The position numbers were made by a program, and so were the translations under genes. From IMG/VR virus record IMGVR_UViG_3300028393_000019, positions 1 to 64,000 of that record: DNA of 64,000 nt; one strand, written 5' to 3'. Numbering within the stretch: position 1 is the first letter of the stretch; each line of letters begins with the position of its first letter. The notes under the pieces were generated by a model. It made no database searches and was not told where the DNA came from. It saw nothing but the letters and a program-made list of their open reading frames with translations. Shown piece by piece: positions 48,880-58,967 of the stretch.

Positions 48880-50327
48880 TGTGCGGCAGTATATTCACCC
48901 TCGAAACTCTTGACCCATGAAACACCGTTCCATAAGTATTGAACTCCTGTGTATATATTAGTTTGCCACACCATGGTATCGTGTTCTTGATTGCTGTTGA
49001 AAATAACACGCCATACAGTTCCTGTATATTCTATAATGTCATTGGCTTGAGCCACCAACGACCCCCACACAGACGACGGACTGGTATTGATACTACTGCC
49101 AATATCTTCAATCACAAGATATCGTCTTCCTGCCACAGCGCCAGTGGGCACATAGGTTTGTGGATTGATAATAGCATCAAATGTGCCAGGGCTATTGGGC
49201 CTACGACTGGCAGCGGCGTTGTAGTGTGCAGTATCTGTGCTGAGATACCCGTTGCTGTCAATACCCGTGTTGCTGGGATAAGTGTCTGGATTGTAATTGA
49301 TCTGCAATAATTTTGTATCCAAACTGTTGACTGCAATAGTTCCTATCACATAGTTTCCGCTGGACTGCTGTAGGAATATTTGACTAGAACCTGCGGTATA
49401 TTGTCCAGGATACAATTGGAACAGTTGTGCCCAATCTACAGGACTACCAGTGCTTGCAGGAATATCCAGAGTGGGTGCTAGGGGCACATATCCATCTGTA
49501 CCACTGTACAATCTGGCCTGTCCGTTGTACACTTGAATGGTGTAGCCTGTGATAGTGGTAGTTTCTGTAGCCAGCAGTTGACCCAAGCTGGGTGCCACTC
49601 CGTCTGTTTGTAATGTAGGATCGATGCCCAGTCCGTCTATATAGCCTGCAGGATATGCACCTGATCCCTGATGTATGTTGGTGATAATTTTTGTAATAAC
49701 ACCAAGATGTTTGACTTTGACTGGCGGACTGATCCATATAGGCGATTCTAAAGTCAAGCTAGCAACATCTATGGCTGTGTCAGCGCCCTGGGGAACCTGT
49801 CTGCTGGACCATGTAGTATCAGTTAGATTTAACACACTGATACTGGTCCAGTCAATGTAGTTATCTGTGGTTTGTATTTCAAGACTGGGATTGAACAGCA
49901 CCAGTATCTGTTCCAGTATTTGCAGTTTCTGATCAGTGCTTGATGCCCAGATGTCGCATTTCATTTTTAGATTAAATGGAGTTGGCATCAAACGTTCCAC
50001 TGTGTAGTTACGTCCCTGTGCTGAAGTGTATTCGCCTGCACTGTTTACATCACGTTCACGAAAATGCAATTTGCCCACATAGGTTTGATCAGCCAGTCTG
50101 TTACGATCCAGTTCTAAACCTGTGATATACACTGCTATACGGGGTATAGTACTGATGGAGTTTTCTGAATTATTGTTCAATATACTGGCAACTTGTCGGT
50201 CAGCATCACCGTAAGTTACAGGCACTTGATGCAGTGTGCCATCACCATATTTGACCACAAAGTTACTGAACACACGAATTGTCTGTGTGAGATATCGTCT
50301 TATCTGCCCGTCATAGAACCATTGCAT
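48861..50327 (-). CDS. gp15: tail completion / sheath stabiliser protein, T4 gp15-like with C-terminal extension
   Basis: 'FYDGQIRRYL.Q..RVFSNF...VPVTYG...PRI...PTPFNL...QILEQILVLFNPS' pattern; position next to neck genes. Confidence 0.7.
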   Translation of the reverse strand: MQWFYDGQIRRYLTQTIRVFSNFVVKYGDGTLHQVPVTYGDADRQVASILNNNSENSISTIPRIAVYITGLELDRNRLADQTYVGKLHFRERDVNSAGEYTSAQGRNYTVERLMPTPFNLKMKCDIWASSTDQKLQILEQILVLFNPSLEIQTTDNYIDWTSISVLNLTDTTWSSRQVPQGADTAIDVASLTLESPIWISPPVKVKHLGVITKIITNIHQGSGAYPAGYIDGLGIDPTLQTDGVAPSLGQLLATETTTITGYTIQVYNGQARLYSGTDGYVPLAPTLDIPASTGSPVDWAQLFQLYPGQYTAGSSQIFLQQSSGNYVIGTIAVNSLDTKLLQINYNPDTYPSNTGIDSNGYLSTDTAHYNAAASRRPNSPGTFDAIINPQTYVPTGAVAGRRYLVIEDIGSSINTSPSSVWGSLVAQANDIIEYTGTVWRVIFNSNQEHDTMVWQTNIYTGVQYLWNGVSWVKSFEGEYTAAQWKIIL

Positions 50328-51784
50328 TAGAAATCCGCCTTAGGTCTGAGTGCAGTAGATAGACTTGATCTTTCTGCTTCTCTTGTGTTATATAGTGTGA
50401 TGCTCCACTGTCCTGTACTAGGTATGACTTGCTGTATGCCATTGATCGTGGGCAAGTTGATTCGTAAACAAGCACTGGTAGTGCCAACTGGGCTGATATA
50501 GTTATATGAAGTGTACAGGGTTGTTGGATAATCGCTCAGTGCAAATCCCAGTGTGGTAACGCCTATTTTGATCACAGCATACTTGGCCACGCTGCCTGTC
50601 GCAAAAGTTATTCTAGTGTTGATAAATGTAGCATTTGCAACCAAGTTGACCACATCGGTAGCCACTTCGCTGTTGTAAGTGTAGTTGTTGTTGTTGATAA
50701 AACTGGTCTTGAGGGTACTGCGCGAGTCAGTCTGTGTCATGTCCATACGCACTGCATCCTCTACTTTGATCCAACTGTTGCCTTCAAATCTAAATAGTCT
50801 GTTGGGTAAAAAATCTGTTCTAAGATAAAAATCATTCTCACCGGGATATTCTGGAAACTGTATACCAAATCCAAAGGCATAGCCGTTGTCTGGAATTCCG
50901 TCGCCTATCAAATAGCCAGTGTAACCTGTGCGAACAGGAACTCCGGCATTTTCGTTTGCAAGATAATTTATCTGACTGGTATCCAGTGTTGACTCGTCGG
51001 CTGTCTGAACCACCGGCTTGCCTGTTGCAGGATCTACAGCCAATGTATAAAATTGTCTTGTTTCGTAACCGCTTTTTGGTGCATCTGCTTGACCTTGTGC
51101 CACCACTTGGTCGCCCACATTTACTATGGTATTGTAGTTGCTCAGTAGCTCGGCCAAGGTGGTGTTGGAACCAACTATAGGATCACCGTTGCTGTCAGCA
51201 ATGGGTGCATTGAATATAGATGTAAACTGTTGTTGATTGGCCACCTTCTTGAGTTTTAATCTGTAGAGATGCGGAGCCCAGGTTACTGAAAATCCTTCAC
51301 TTGCACGACCCACATCAGTAACTTGATAGTATCTGGGCAAACTGACATTGTAATTGTTTAGGGCAAAATCATCTCGTAGATGTGGCAGTTCTAATACATC
51401 ACCAGTAATGGGCTTGCGCCCTATAATTTTTTGTATGTCATTGATGTGTACAGTCATGTAGACTGTGTCATTTTCAATGAAAAGTCCAAACTGACTAACA
51501 TTAAAGTCAATGTTTTGAACTTGATATAGCCCACGAATTCTATAGATTTCTTTATCGTAGGTGCGATCTCGGTTTTCTAAAAACAGCAGATCTTGTATGT
51601 TGGTCACGCTGGTATTGGCATAGTTGGGCTGTGCCGCAGTGGCATTTTCAGCTGATGTATTGGCACCTAGATATTTGTGCCAATACACATCAGTTCCGCC
51701 CACAGTGAACATCTCTGAGGCTTGTCGGTCAATGAACTTGTAGTCCTTGCCTTTTTCTGGTTTGTATAGGGATAAGCGTGGCAT
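50327..51784 (-). CDS. gp14: neck/head-closure protein, T4 gp14-like, extended
   Basis: 'DLLFLENRDR.YD...SQFGLFIENDT.YMT.H...GRKP..GDVLELP' pattern. Confidence 0.65.
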   Translation of the reverse strand: MPRLSLYKPEKGKDYKFIDRQASEMFTVGGTDVYWHKYLGANTSAENATAAQPNYANTSVTNIQDLLFLENRDRTYDKEIYRIRGLYQVQNIDFNVSQFGLFIENDTVYMTVHINDIQKIIGRKPITGDVLELPHLRDDFALNNYNVSLPRYYQVTDVGRASEGFSVTWAPHLYRLKLKKVANQQQFTSIFNAPIADSNGDPIVGSNTTLAELLSNYNTIVNVGDQVVAQGQADAPKSGYETRQFYTLAVDPATGKPVVQTADESTLDTSQINYLANENAGVPVRTGYTGYLIGDGIPDNGYAFGFGIQFPEYPGENDFYLRTDFLPNRLFRFEGNSWIKVEDAVRMDMTQTDSRSTLKTSFINNNNYTYNSEVATDVVNLVANATFINTRITFATGSVAKYAVIKIGVTTLGFALSDYPTTLYTSYNYISPVGTTSACLRINLPTINGIQQVIPSTGQWSITLYNTREAERSSLSTALRPKADF

Positions 51785-51791
51785 AGTAACA

Positions 51792-51811
51792 TATTTATCG
51801 ATAGCTAAATA
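51792..51811. promoter_or_regulatory. back-to-back divergent late promoters
   Basis: TATTTA (51792-51797, minus) and TAAATA (51806-51811, plus) between the divergent gp14-like and gp13-like genes. Confidence 0.7.
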
Positions 51812-51829
51812 TAGTACGAGGACAATTAT

Positions 51830-52618
51830 ATGGCAGATTCACTACCGTCAAGCACCCAAAGTACATCAACTGTAGAGCGTAACAAAGTATTTGAGTACGT
51901 CAAACTCATGCTGGGCGATGGTATGGTTGAAGTAGAACTTGATCCCGTTCACTATGAGATGGCTCTAGATCGTGCCCTAAATAGAATGCGTCAGCGCAGT
52001 CCCAACGCTGTAGAAGAAAGCTACATGTTTTTAGAACTAATACAGGACGAAAATGAATACAGATTACCTGATGAAGTTATCACAGTACGTCAAGTGTTTC
52101 GTAGAGCTATTGGCTCAAGAACTGGTATTGGTGCAGGCGGCACGCTATTTGAGCCGTTTAATCTAGCATATACCAATACCTATTTGATGAGTGGAAGTAT
52201 GATGGGCGGATTGGCCACATACGATGCATTTGCTGGCTATCAGAAACTAGTGGGGCGTATGTTTGGTAGTTATATAGAATTCCTTTGGAAGCCTACCACA
52301 CACATTTTGAACATTTTACAACGTCCTTTTGCACAGGGCGAACAGATTCTAGTGCAGACCTATAACTATCGCCCTGACTGGGTATTGTTACAAGATCCGT
52401 ACGCCAAACAATGGATACGTGATTACACTTTGGCCACTAGTAAAGAAATGCTGGGCGAGGCACGTAGCAAGTTTGGATCAATATCGGGTCCTAGCAGTCC
52501 TGTAACATTGAACGGAACTGCACTAAAAAGCGAAGCCAAAGAGATGATTGAAAAATTGGACAAGGAATTAGAAATGCTAGTTCCCGGCGGTTCGGGCTAT
52601 TATTTCGTAATAGGTTAA
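51830..52618 (+). CDS. gp13: neck protein, T4 gp13-like
   Basis: 'YVKLMLGDGMVEVELD', 'WIRDYTLA..KEMLGEARSKF..I.GP...VTLNGTALK.EA'. Confidence 0.75.
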   Translation: MADSLPSSTQSTSTVERNKVFEYVKLMLGDGMVEVELDPVHYEMALDRALNRMRQRSPNAVEESYMFLELIQDENEYRLPDEVITVRQVFRRAIGSRTGIGAGGTLFEPFNLAYTNTYLMSGSMMGGLATYDAFAGYQKLVGRMFGSYIEFLWKPTTHILNILQRPFAQGEQILVQTYNYRPDWVLLQDPYAKQWIRDYTLATSKEMLGEARSKFGSISGPSSPVTLNGTALKSEAKEMIEKLDKELEMLVPGGSGYYFVIG

Positions 52619-52626
52619 AAAATATA

Positions 52627-52656
52627 TTGACCCCTGTAATAAAAGTGTTATATACT
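52627..52656 (+). promoter_or_regulatory. sigma70-type (early/middle) promoter for dNMP kinase
   Basis: TTGACC-18 nt-TATACT. Confidence 0.6.
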
Positions 52657-52679
52657 AGCACTACTTACAGGGGATTCTT

Positions 52680-53369
52680 ATGATCATAGGTGTGTGCGGT
52701 TTTATTGGCTCGGGCAAAGATACTATTGCAGATTATCTAACTAACTTTCACGGGTTTAGACGAGAATCATTTGCCAACAGTCTTAAGGATGCTGTGAGCG
52801 CAGTGTTTGGTTGGGACAGAACCATGCTGGAAGGCCGCACAAAACAGGCCCGTGAATGGCGAGAACAAGTGGATCCTTGGTGGGCCGAAAGACTGGGCAT
52901 GCCACATTTGACTCCGCGTTGGATCTTGCAATACTGGGGTACAGAAGTTTGCCGTCAGGGATTCCACGATGACATGTGGATTGCGGCACTGGAAAACAAA
53001 CTGCGCACAAGTACAGACAATATTGTTATTAGTGATTGCCGATTCCCTAACGAAATCAAATCAATCAAAAGTGCAGGTGGACAAATTGTGTGTGTCGAAC
53101 GCGGTATTCAACCACATTGGTTGGACATTGCTGTACAGGCAAATCGAGGCAGTGCCAATGCACAAGACTGGTTAAAAACTGAAATGATCCACGCAAGTGA
53201 AACTGCTTGGGTTGGTACTAGTTTTGATGCTGTGCTCAATAACAATGGCACTATTGACGATCTTTATCAACAGGTCAAACTGCTTATAGATCCGGAACTA
53301 GATCACCTTGACGCCAACGAACGCCCTCTTTATGTAGGACTCTCTGACAGTTTGCACATACAGTCTTGA
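52680..53369 (+). CDS. gp1: deoxynucleoside monophosphate kinase, T4 gp1-like
   Basis: IIGVCGFIGSGKDT P-loop, SFANSLKD, TPRWILQYWGTE, ISDCRFPNE, HASE. Confidence 0.9.
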   Translation: MIIGVCGFIGSGKDTIADYLTNFHGFRRESFANSLKDAVSAVFGWDRTMLEGRTKQAREWREQVDPWWAERLGMPHLTPRWILQYWGTEVCRQGFHDDMWIAALENKLRTSTDNIVISDCRFPNEIKSIKSAGGQIVCVERGIQPHWLDIAVQANRGSANAQDWLKTEMIHASETAWVGTSFDAVLNNNGTIDDLYQQVKLLIDPELDHLDANERPLYVGLSDSLHIQS

Positions 53370-53610
53370 GATTTGCATGATGGCAATTGTCTAAATTGCC
53401 ATCAACATGAAACACAGCAAACACTTCTTTGTGCTGTGACTTAAACCCGCATTTATCGCAACTGAGTTTTACTTTGTATCCAGCACGAAGCCATCGTGCT
53501 GTTCCTTTGCCACCAAGGCAAGTTTCACACTTACGTCTGTAGTAAGTACGTCCGTTTTTGTGATAATTAACAGCGGCTGGCCTTAGGCCGCACATACACA
53601 GTGGTCTCAT
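53284..53610 (-). CDS. small Cys-rich HNH-like zinc-binding protein
   Basis: CxC, CxxC, CDKCG, FHVDGNLDN...NLKTVCANC; own TAAATA 5 nt upstream. Confidence 0.7.
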   Translation of the reverse strand: MRPLCMCGLRPAAVNYHKNGRTYYRRKCETCLGGKGTARWLRAGYKVKLSCDKCGFKSQHKEVFAVFHVDGNLDNCHHANLKTVCANCQRVLHKEGVRWRQGDLVPDL

Positions 53611-53615
53611 ACAAT

Positions 53616-53683
53616 TATTTAAGCCTTTTTATCCCCTTTTTGTGGTAGTATAACTGCACCAAAAAGTCCAAATGCCATAAATA
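53616..53683. promoter_or_regulatory. divergent late promoters (minus 53616-53621; plus 53678-53683)
   Basis: TAAATA on each strand facing the HNH-like gene and the tail sheath gene. Confidence 0.6.
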
Positions 53684-53715
53684 CATTAACAGCATGTCAT
53701 CATGGAGATAACACA

Positions 53716-56700
53716 ATGGCTCAATTAAGTTCACCAGGAATTAGCGTAACGGTTGTAAATGAATCGTTCTATACACCCGCTGCCCCAGGTACCATACCCC
53801 TAATCGTAGTAGCTTCACAAGCAAACAAAGCAAATTCAGCTGGCACAGGAATTGCCCCGGGCACGTTGGCTGCCAACGCTGGTGTAGTATATACACTGAC
53901 CAGCCAAGCAGACCTAGGTGCCACATTTGGTGTACCTTACTTTCAAACAGACGCCAGCAACAATCCAGTAAATGCAGGTGAGATCAATGAATACGGTCTA
54001 CAAGCTGCCTACAGTTTCTTGGGTGTTAGCAATCAAGCCTATGTGGTACGTGCTCCAGTTGACCTCGGACAACTGACAGGATCAACCAGCATACCAGTAG
54101 GTTCGCCAACAGCCGGTACATATTGGTGGAACACAACTGCCACAAACTATGGTGTATTTGAATGGAATGCCAATGCGGCAACTGCAACAAACGGACAAAC
54201 ATTTCAAGAACAGCAGTCAATAGGCAATCTGTTAGTTATTACCAACACAGCATACCTAAGTCCGTCAACAGGGTTTGATGGGTTAGATGTGTATGATAGC
54301 CCATTGGCCAGCTACGGAGCTTCAGGTAACTATGCCGTGGTTGCAAATTCATCAGCAACCAACACACATATTCTATGGTACAAAACAAAAAATACAGCAA
54401 ACGACGGTACAGGTGGCTCAACTATTGCTGTCAGCAACAGTAGTTGGGTACAAGTTGGTACAACTGCTTGGGCCAAATCACAGCCAACTATCACTTCAAC
54501 TGCACCAAGTCCAACATTTACTGCCAGTCAAACAATAATAATCAATGCCAACACAATCACCAATGCTGGCACAACGCTGGCAGGTTTGTCCACAGCGATC
54601 AACGCCAGCTCAGCATTGACCTCAGCAGGTATCACATCTAGTGTGCGCAACGGTTTCCTAAATATCTATTCAACCGGTGCTCAGGTTACTATCGCAGCCG
54701 GCACAATGTCGTTGACCACACTGGGTATTACAGCTGGTACATATAATCCACCAGTGTTGGTTATTGCACCGCATTATCAAGTTCCACAATTCGGCAATTA
54801 TTCATCAGGCACACTGACCGGCACTACAGGATTCCCGTCAGGTTCAGTATGGATCAAAACAACTACAGTCAATCTAGGCGCCAACTTCAATATCAGTTTG
54901 TACAATGGTACAACTGCCAGCTGGATACAACAAACTTCAGTTACACAGTTGTATGCCAACAATCAGTCAGCGATGGCTGCATTGGATCCATTAGGTGGCG
55001 GTGCAAACATACCAGTGGGACAAGTTTATGTCAAGTTTAACGATACAGAATCACTCACAACAATCAACAGCATCAACTATCCAACCTACGCCAACTATAA
55101 AATTTACTATCGTGCGTCAACAGGTGCTACAACTGTAACATCTAATATCATCACAGCAAGTACATTTACTAGCGGTTCGAACACAATCGTAGCTGTGGCA
55201 TCTAGTCAGATAGGCAGTTCTACACTAACATCAGCACCACAAGTGAGTGGTGCGGCAGTTACATTTACTGCTTCGGGCAACGCTACATCAGATGCACAGG
55301 CATTTGTGGCCGCGTTCAATGCCGCTGTACAAACATTGACCAACGTGGTAGCCAGCATTAATGCAAACAATCAGATTGTTATATCTCATACACAGGGTGG
55401 TGACATACGCTTTACTGATGGTACTAACACTCCGCTAAACAAGGCCTTTACCACAAGTGGCACTATCAGTATCAGCAATTTCTTTGCCGCTCCTGATTCA
55501 ACAGGCAGCGACGGCAAGTATTTGGTATCAGCATGGGCCAATACACTGTCAATCTCTAGTAATACTCCTTGGGTAACAGTGAGCCCAACAGCACCTACAT
55601 CAACTCCTGCCAACGGTACCCTATGGTATGACACAGTGATCACTGATTTAGACATCATGATCAATGATGGCACACGCTGGAGAGGCTACTGCTCAACTGC
55701 AGGAAAAGTTGTTGTCAACCAAGGTGTTGGCTATGCAAACAGTGCCACAACTACAGACATCAATGGTCCTATTATTTCTGCTACGCAACCAACCACTAAC
55801 TCATCAGGTGCAAGTTTACAGCACGGTGATTTATGGTTAAATTCAAGCAATACAGAAGCTTGGCCAACGCTGTACACATGGAATGCATTGACCAAAGCAT
55901 GGGTACTGATTGTCAACAGCGATCATACTACACAAAATGGTATTGTGTTTGCTGATGCTCGCTGGTATGATGACAGCACCAACTCGGCCAGCGCAAAAAC
56001 AGGCGCAGCCAGTCCACAAACTATTGCAGGCGCCGCAACTGGCACACTGATTACTAGTGACTTTGTAGATTTTGACTGTCCTAATCCAGCACTGTATCCA
56101 AAAGGTATGTTGTTGTGGAACACACGTCGTTCAGGATTCAACGTTAAGAAGTATGTTACTAATTATGTTAATGTGGCCGCTCAAAACACAATCCTAAGTG
56201 GTTCTCCTTACATGACTTATTACTATCCAGATCGTTGGGTAACAGCAAGTCCTAATGATTATTTAGGTGTAGGACAGTTTGGCCGTAAGAGTCAACGTGC
56301 AGTGGTGGTAGCATCATTGAACGGATTGATCAACAGCAATCAAAACATGCGTAACGAAGACAGTCTCACTTACGATTTACTATGTTGCCCAGGATATATT
56401 GAAACAACCAGTTCTTTGGTTAATTTAAACACAGGACGCGGTCTACTATCATTTATCGTAGCAGATGCTCCGGCACGTTTGACACCAGATGCAACAAGCC
56501 TAAGTGCTTGGGGCAGTAACTCAAAGAATGCCACAGGTGACGGTGAAATTGGTCTGATTACAACTGACAGTAATACAGCAGTTTACTATCCATGGGGTGA
56601 AACCACTGACTTGTACGGCAACAATATTGCTGTACCTCCAAGCCATATCATGCTACGCACAATCGCACTAAGCGACAACGTGAGTTATCCATGGTTTGCA

Positions 56701-57234
56701 CCAGCAGGTGTACGTCGCGGTGGAGTTACCAATGCAAACTCAGTTGGTTACATTGTTGGACAAACAGGTGTGTTTATGCCAACATCACTAAACACAGGAC
56801 AACGCGATACGCTGGCCAAAGTACAGGTTAATCCTATTACCTATATTGGTGGCACAGGTCTAGTTGTATATGGGCAGTTTACACGTTCGTTAGTTGCCAG
56901 TGCAGTGAATCGTATCAATGTGGCACGTTTGGTAATTTATCTACGCTACCAGTTGAATGCTATTGCTAAACCATATGTATTTGAACCAAACGATACAATT
57001 ACACGTAACTCAATCAAACAACAAATTGAAAAATTAATGCTGAATCTCACAGGAGAACGAGCCTTGTACGATTACTTGATAGTATGCGATACAACTAACA
57101 ATACTCCGAGCAGAATAGATGCTAATGAGTTACACGTTGATATAGCTATTGAGCCAGTCAAGGCAGTGGAATTTATTTACATTCCATTACGTTTAGAGAA
57201 CACTGGCGCTATTGCTGGTTTAGGTAGCAAATAA
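53716..57234 (+). CDS. gp18: contractile tail sheath protein with large internal insertion
   Basis: LSSPGISVTVVNES N-terminus; PPSH...PWFAPAGVRRG, RDTL...VNPI, RINVARL, FEPND, IEPVKAVEFIYIP C-terminus; 1172 aa. Confidence 0.92.
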   Translation: MAQLSSPGISVTVVNESFYTPAAPGTIPLIVVASQANKANSAGTGIAPGTLAANAGVVYTLTSQADLGATFGVPYFQTDASNNPVNAGEINEYGLQAAYSFLGVSNQAYVVRAPVDLGQLTGSTSIPVGSPTAGTYWWNTTATNYGVFEWNANAATATNGQTFQEQQSIGNLLVITNTAYLSPSTGFDGLDVYDSPLASYGASGNYAVVANSSATNTHILWYKTKNTANDGTGGSTIAVSNSSWVQVGTTAWAKSQPTITSTAPSPTFTASQTIIINANTITNAGTTLAGLSTAINASSALTSAGITSSVRNGFLNIYSTGAQVTIAAGTMSLTTLGITAGTYNPPVLVIAPHYQVPQFGNYSSGTLTGTTGFPSGSVWIKTTTVNLGANFNISLYNGTTASWIQQTSVTQLYANNQSAMAALDPLGGGANIPVGQVYVKFNDTESLTTINSINYPTYANYKIYYRASTGATTVTSNIITASTFTSGSNTIVAVASSQIGSSTLTSAPQVSGAAVTFTASGNATSDAQAFVAAFNAAVQTLTNVVASINANNQIVISHTQGGDIRFTDGTNTPLNKAFTTSGTISISNFFAAPDSTGSDGKYLVSAWANTLSISSNTPWVTVSPTAPTSTPANGTLWYDTVITDLDIMINDGTRWRGYCSTAGKVVVNQGVGYANSATTTDINGPIISATQPTTNSSGASLQHGDLWLNSSNTEAWPTLYTWNALTKAWVLIVNSDHTTQNGIVFADARWYDDSTNSASAKTGAASPQTIAGAATGTLITSDFVDFDCPNPALYPKGMLLWNTRRSGFNVKKYVTNYVNVAAQNTILSGSPYMTYYYPDRWVTASPNDYLGVGQFGRKSQRAVVVASLNGLINSNQNMRNEDSLTYDLLCCPGYIETTSSLVNLNTGRGLLSFIVADAPARLTPDATSLSAWGSNSKNATGDGEIGLITTDSNTAVYYPWGETTDLYGNNIAVPPSHIMLRTIALSDNVSYPWFAPAGVRRGGVTNANSVGYIVGQTGVFMPTSLNTGQRDTLAKVQVNPITYIGGTGLVVYGQFTRSLVASAVNRINVARLVIYLRYQLNAIAKPYVFEPNDTITRNSIKQQIEKLMLNLTGERALYDYLIVCDTTNNTPSRIDANELHVDIAIEPVKAVEFIYIPLRLENTGAIAGLGSK

Positions 57235-57246
57235 AGGAGAAATTAA

Positions 57247-57879
57247 ATGGCAATCGCGGCACTATCAAACTTCACAGTACCATTAGCTTCAGATCAAAGC
57301 GCGGCTTCACAGGGCATGTTGATGCCAAAGTTAAAATATAGATTTCGTATCATGTTTGAAAACTTTGGTGTAAGCACTCCTACAACTGAGCTGACAAAGC
57401 AAGTTGCAGAAGCATCTCGCCCACAGGTCAAATTTACTGATCAAGTTATTGAAATCTACAACAGCAAAATCCACTATGCAGGCAAGCCAAGCTGGGAACC
57501 AATTCCTATCAAACTACGTGATGATGTCACTGGTGCTGTTAGCAAGCTAGTAGGCGAACAAAATCAGAAACAGTTTGACTTCTTTGAACAAAGTTCAGCG
57601 GCGTCAGCTGGTGATTACAAGTTTACCATGCGTATTGAAATTCTAGACGGAGGCAACGGCAATGTTGCTCCGGGTGTACTAGAAACATGGTTATGTTATG
57701 GATGCTATGTTGAATCAACTAACTGGCAAGATTTAAAATATAGTGAACAAGGTCCAGCTATGATCGACTTATCAATACGTTTTGACAATGCGGTACAAAC
57801 TGCGCCTGTTCCAGCTATCGGTAGTCCAACACCGGTAATGAACAATGTTAAAACTGGTCGCAACGTACTAGGTTCATAA
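57247..57879 (+). CDS. gp19: tail tube protein
   Basis: Follows the sheath; PKLKYRFR, RPQVKF, YAGKPSWEPI..KLRDD, ETW..YGCY, IRFDNA. Confidence 0.82.
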   Translation: MAIAALSNFTVPLASDQSAASQGMLMPKLKYRFRIMFENFGVSTPTTELTKQVAEASRPQVKFTDQVIEIYNSKIHYAGKPSWEPIPIKLRDDVTGAVSKLVGEQNQKQFDFFEQSSAASAGDYKFTMRIEILDGGNGNVAPGVLETWLCYGCYVESTNWQDLKYSEQGPAMIDLSIRFDNAVQTAPVPAIGSPTPVMNNVKTGRNVLGS

Positions 57880-57883
57880 AACT

Positions 57884-57906
57884 AAGCCTGCACTTGCAGG
57901 CTTTTT
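57884..57906 (+). terminator. rho-independent terminator
   Basis: AAGCCTGCA-CT-TGCAGGCTT followed by T-run. Confidence 0.8.
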
Positions 57907-57953
57907 ATTGACTATCCATTAACTACGCACTTTATACATAGAATAAATACTGT

Positions 57954-58967
57954 ATGGCATTCACAAGTAATGATAAATTAAAGTCTGATGCATTTACCCA
58001 TCTGCGAGATCAACGTCACGCGGCAGATCTGTTTAATGCTGATCAATTTAGACTCGCTCCCAAGTTTGGCTTTCAATTTCATGTGGCATTCGGAATCAAT
58101 ACAGGCGCTCTACAGAACACAGCTATAGTACAGCGATACGGTGCTGAGATCAACATGCTGGTCAAGAGTATAGCTTTACCAAACTATACAGTACAAACAG
58201 AAACGCTGAATCAATACAATAGAAAAAAGATAGTGCAGTACTATCACAAGCCCGGTGAGATTGAAGTCAAGTTTCATGATGATAATATGGGTTTGATAAA
58301 TCAGTTGTGGCAAAACTACTACACTTACTATTATGCAGACCCAATGTCGGCAAAGGTGCCGGGAGCATATGCAAGAAATGCCATGCAGAGCTATGACTAT
58401 ATTCCTACCAGTTACGGCCTTGACAATGGCAGTACAGACCCATTCTTTAATTATATAAAAATCTATCAAATAGCTAGACACGAATACGTTGAATATATTT
58501 TAACTAATCCCATAATCACCAGTTGGAATCACAACAGAGTTGATTACGCTGACACAAAGACACGCGAATTTGACATGAAGATCATGTATGAAGCAGTAAG
58601 CTATAACATCGGAGCAGTTGATCCAAACAAAGATCCTGCCGGAGGTGTTGAAGGATTCGGAGAAGCTCATTATGATAAAGGTCCTAGTCCACTTCTGGGT
58701 ATTAATCCTGATCCAACTGTGATAGATCCCAGTTTTGTACAAAGTTTAGATTTAGAAGGTGCTCGTGGATCCATACTGGCCAGTGTGATAAATCAGATAG
58801 CCGGCGCTCAGAATACACAACCATCTATCAATGATTCGGGTACAGCAGGATTGCTAACTCCGCCTACCGGCACAAACGTAGGAGGTTTATCGGGTATTTC
58901 ATTTCCACAAAATAACACTGCAGGAAATGCGTCTACCACAGCCACAACATCAGGAATTACAGAATGA
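57954..58967 (+). CDS. tail tube-like / tube initiator protein
   Basis: PKFGFQFHV.F, LVKSIALP...TETLNQYNRK, KFHDD, LTNPIITSW.H..DY: tube-fold paralogue pattern. Confidence 0.6.
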   Translation: MAFTSNDKLKSDAFTHLRDQRHAADLFNADQFRLAPKFGFQFHVAFGINTGALQNTAIVQRYGAEINMLVKSIALPNYTVQTETLNQYNRKKIVQYYHKPGEIEVKFHDDNMGLINQLWQNYYTYYYADPMSAKVPGAYARNAMQSYDYIPTSYGLDNGSTDPFFNYIKIYQIARHEYVEYILTNPIITSWNHNRVDYADTKTREFDMKIMYEAVSYNIGAVDPNKDPAGGVEGFGEAHYDKGPSPLLGINPDPTVIDPSFVQSLDLEGARGSILASVINQIAGAQNTQPSINDSGTAGLLTPPTGTNVGGLSGISFPQNNTAGNASTTATTSGITE

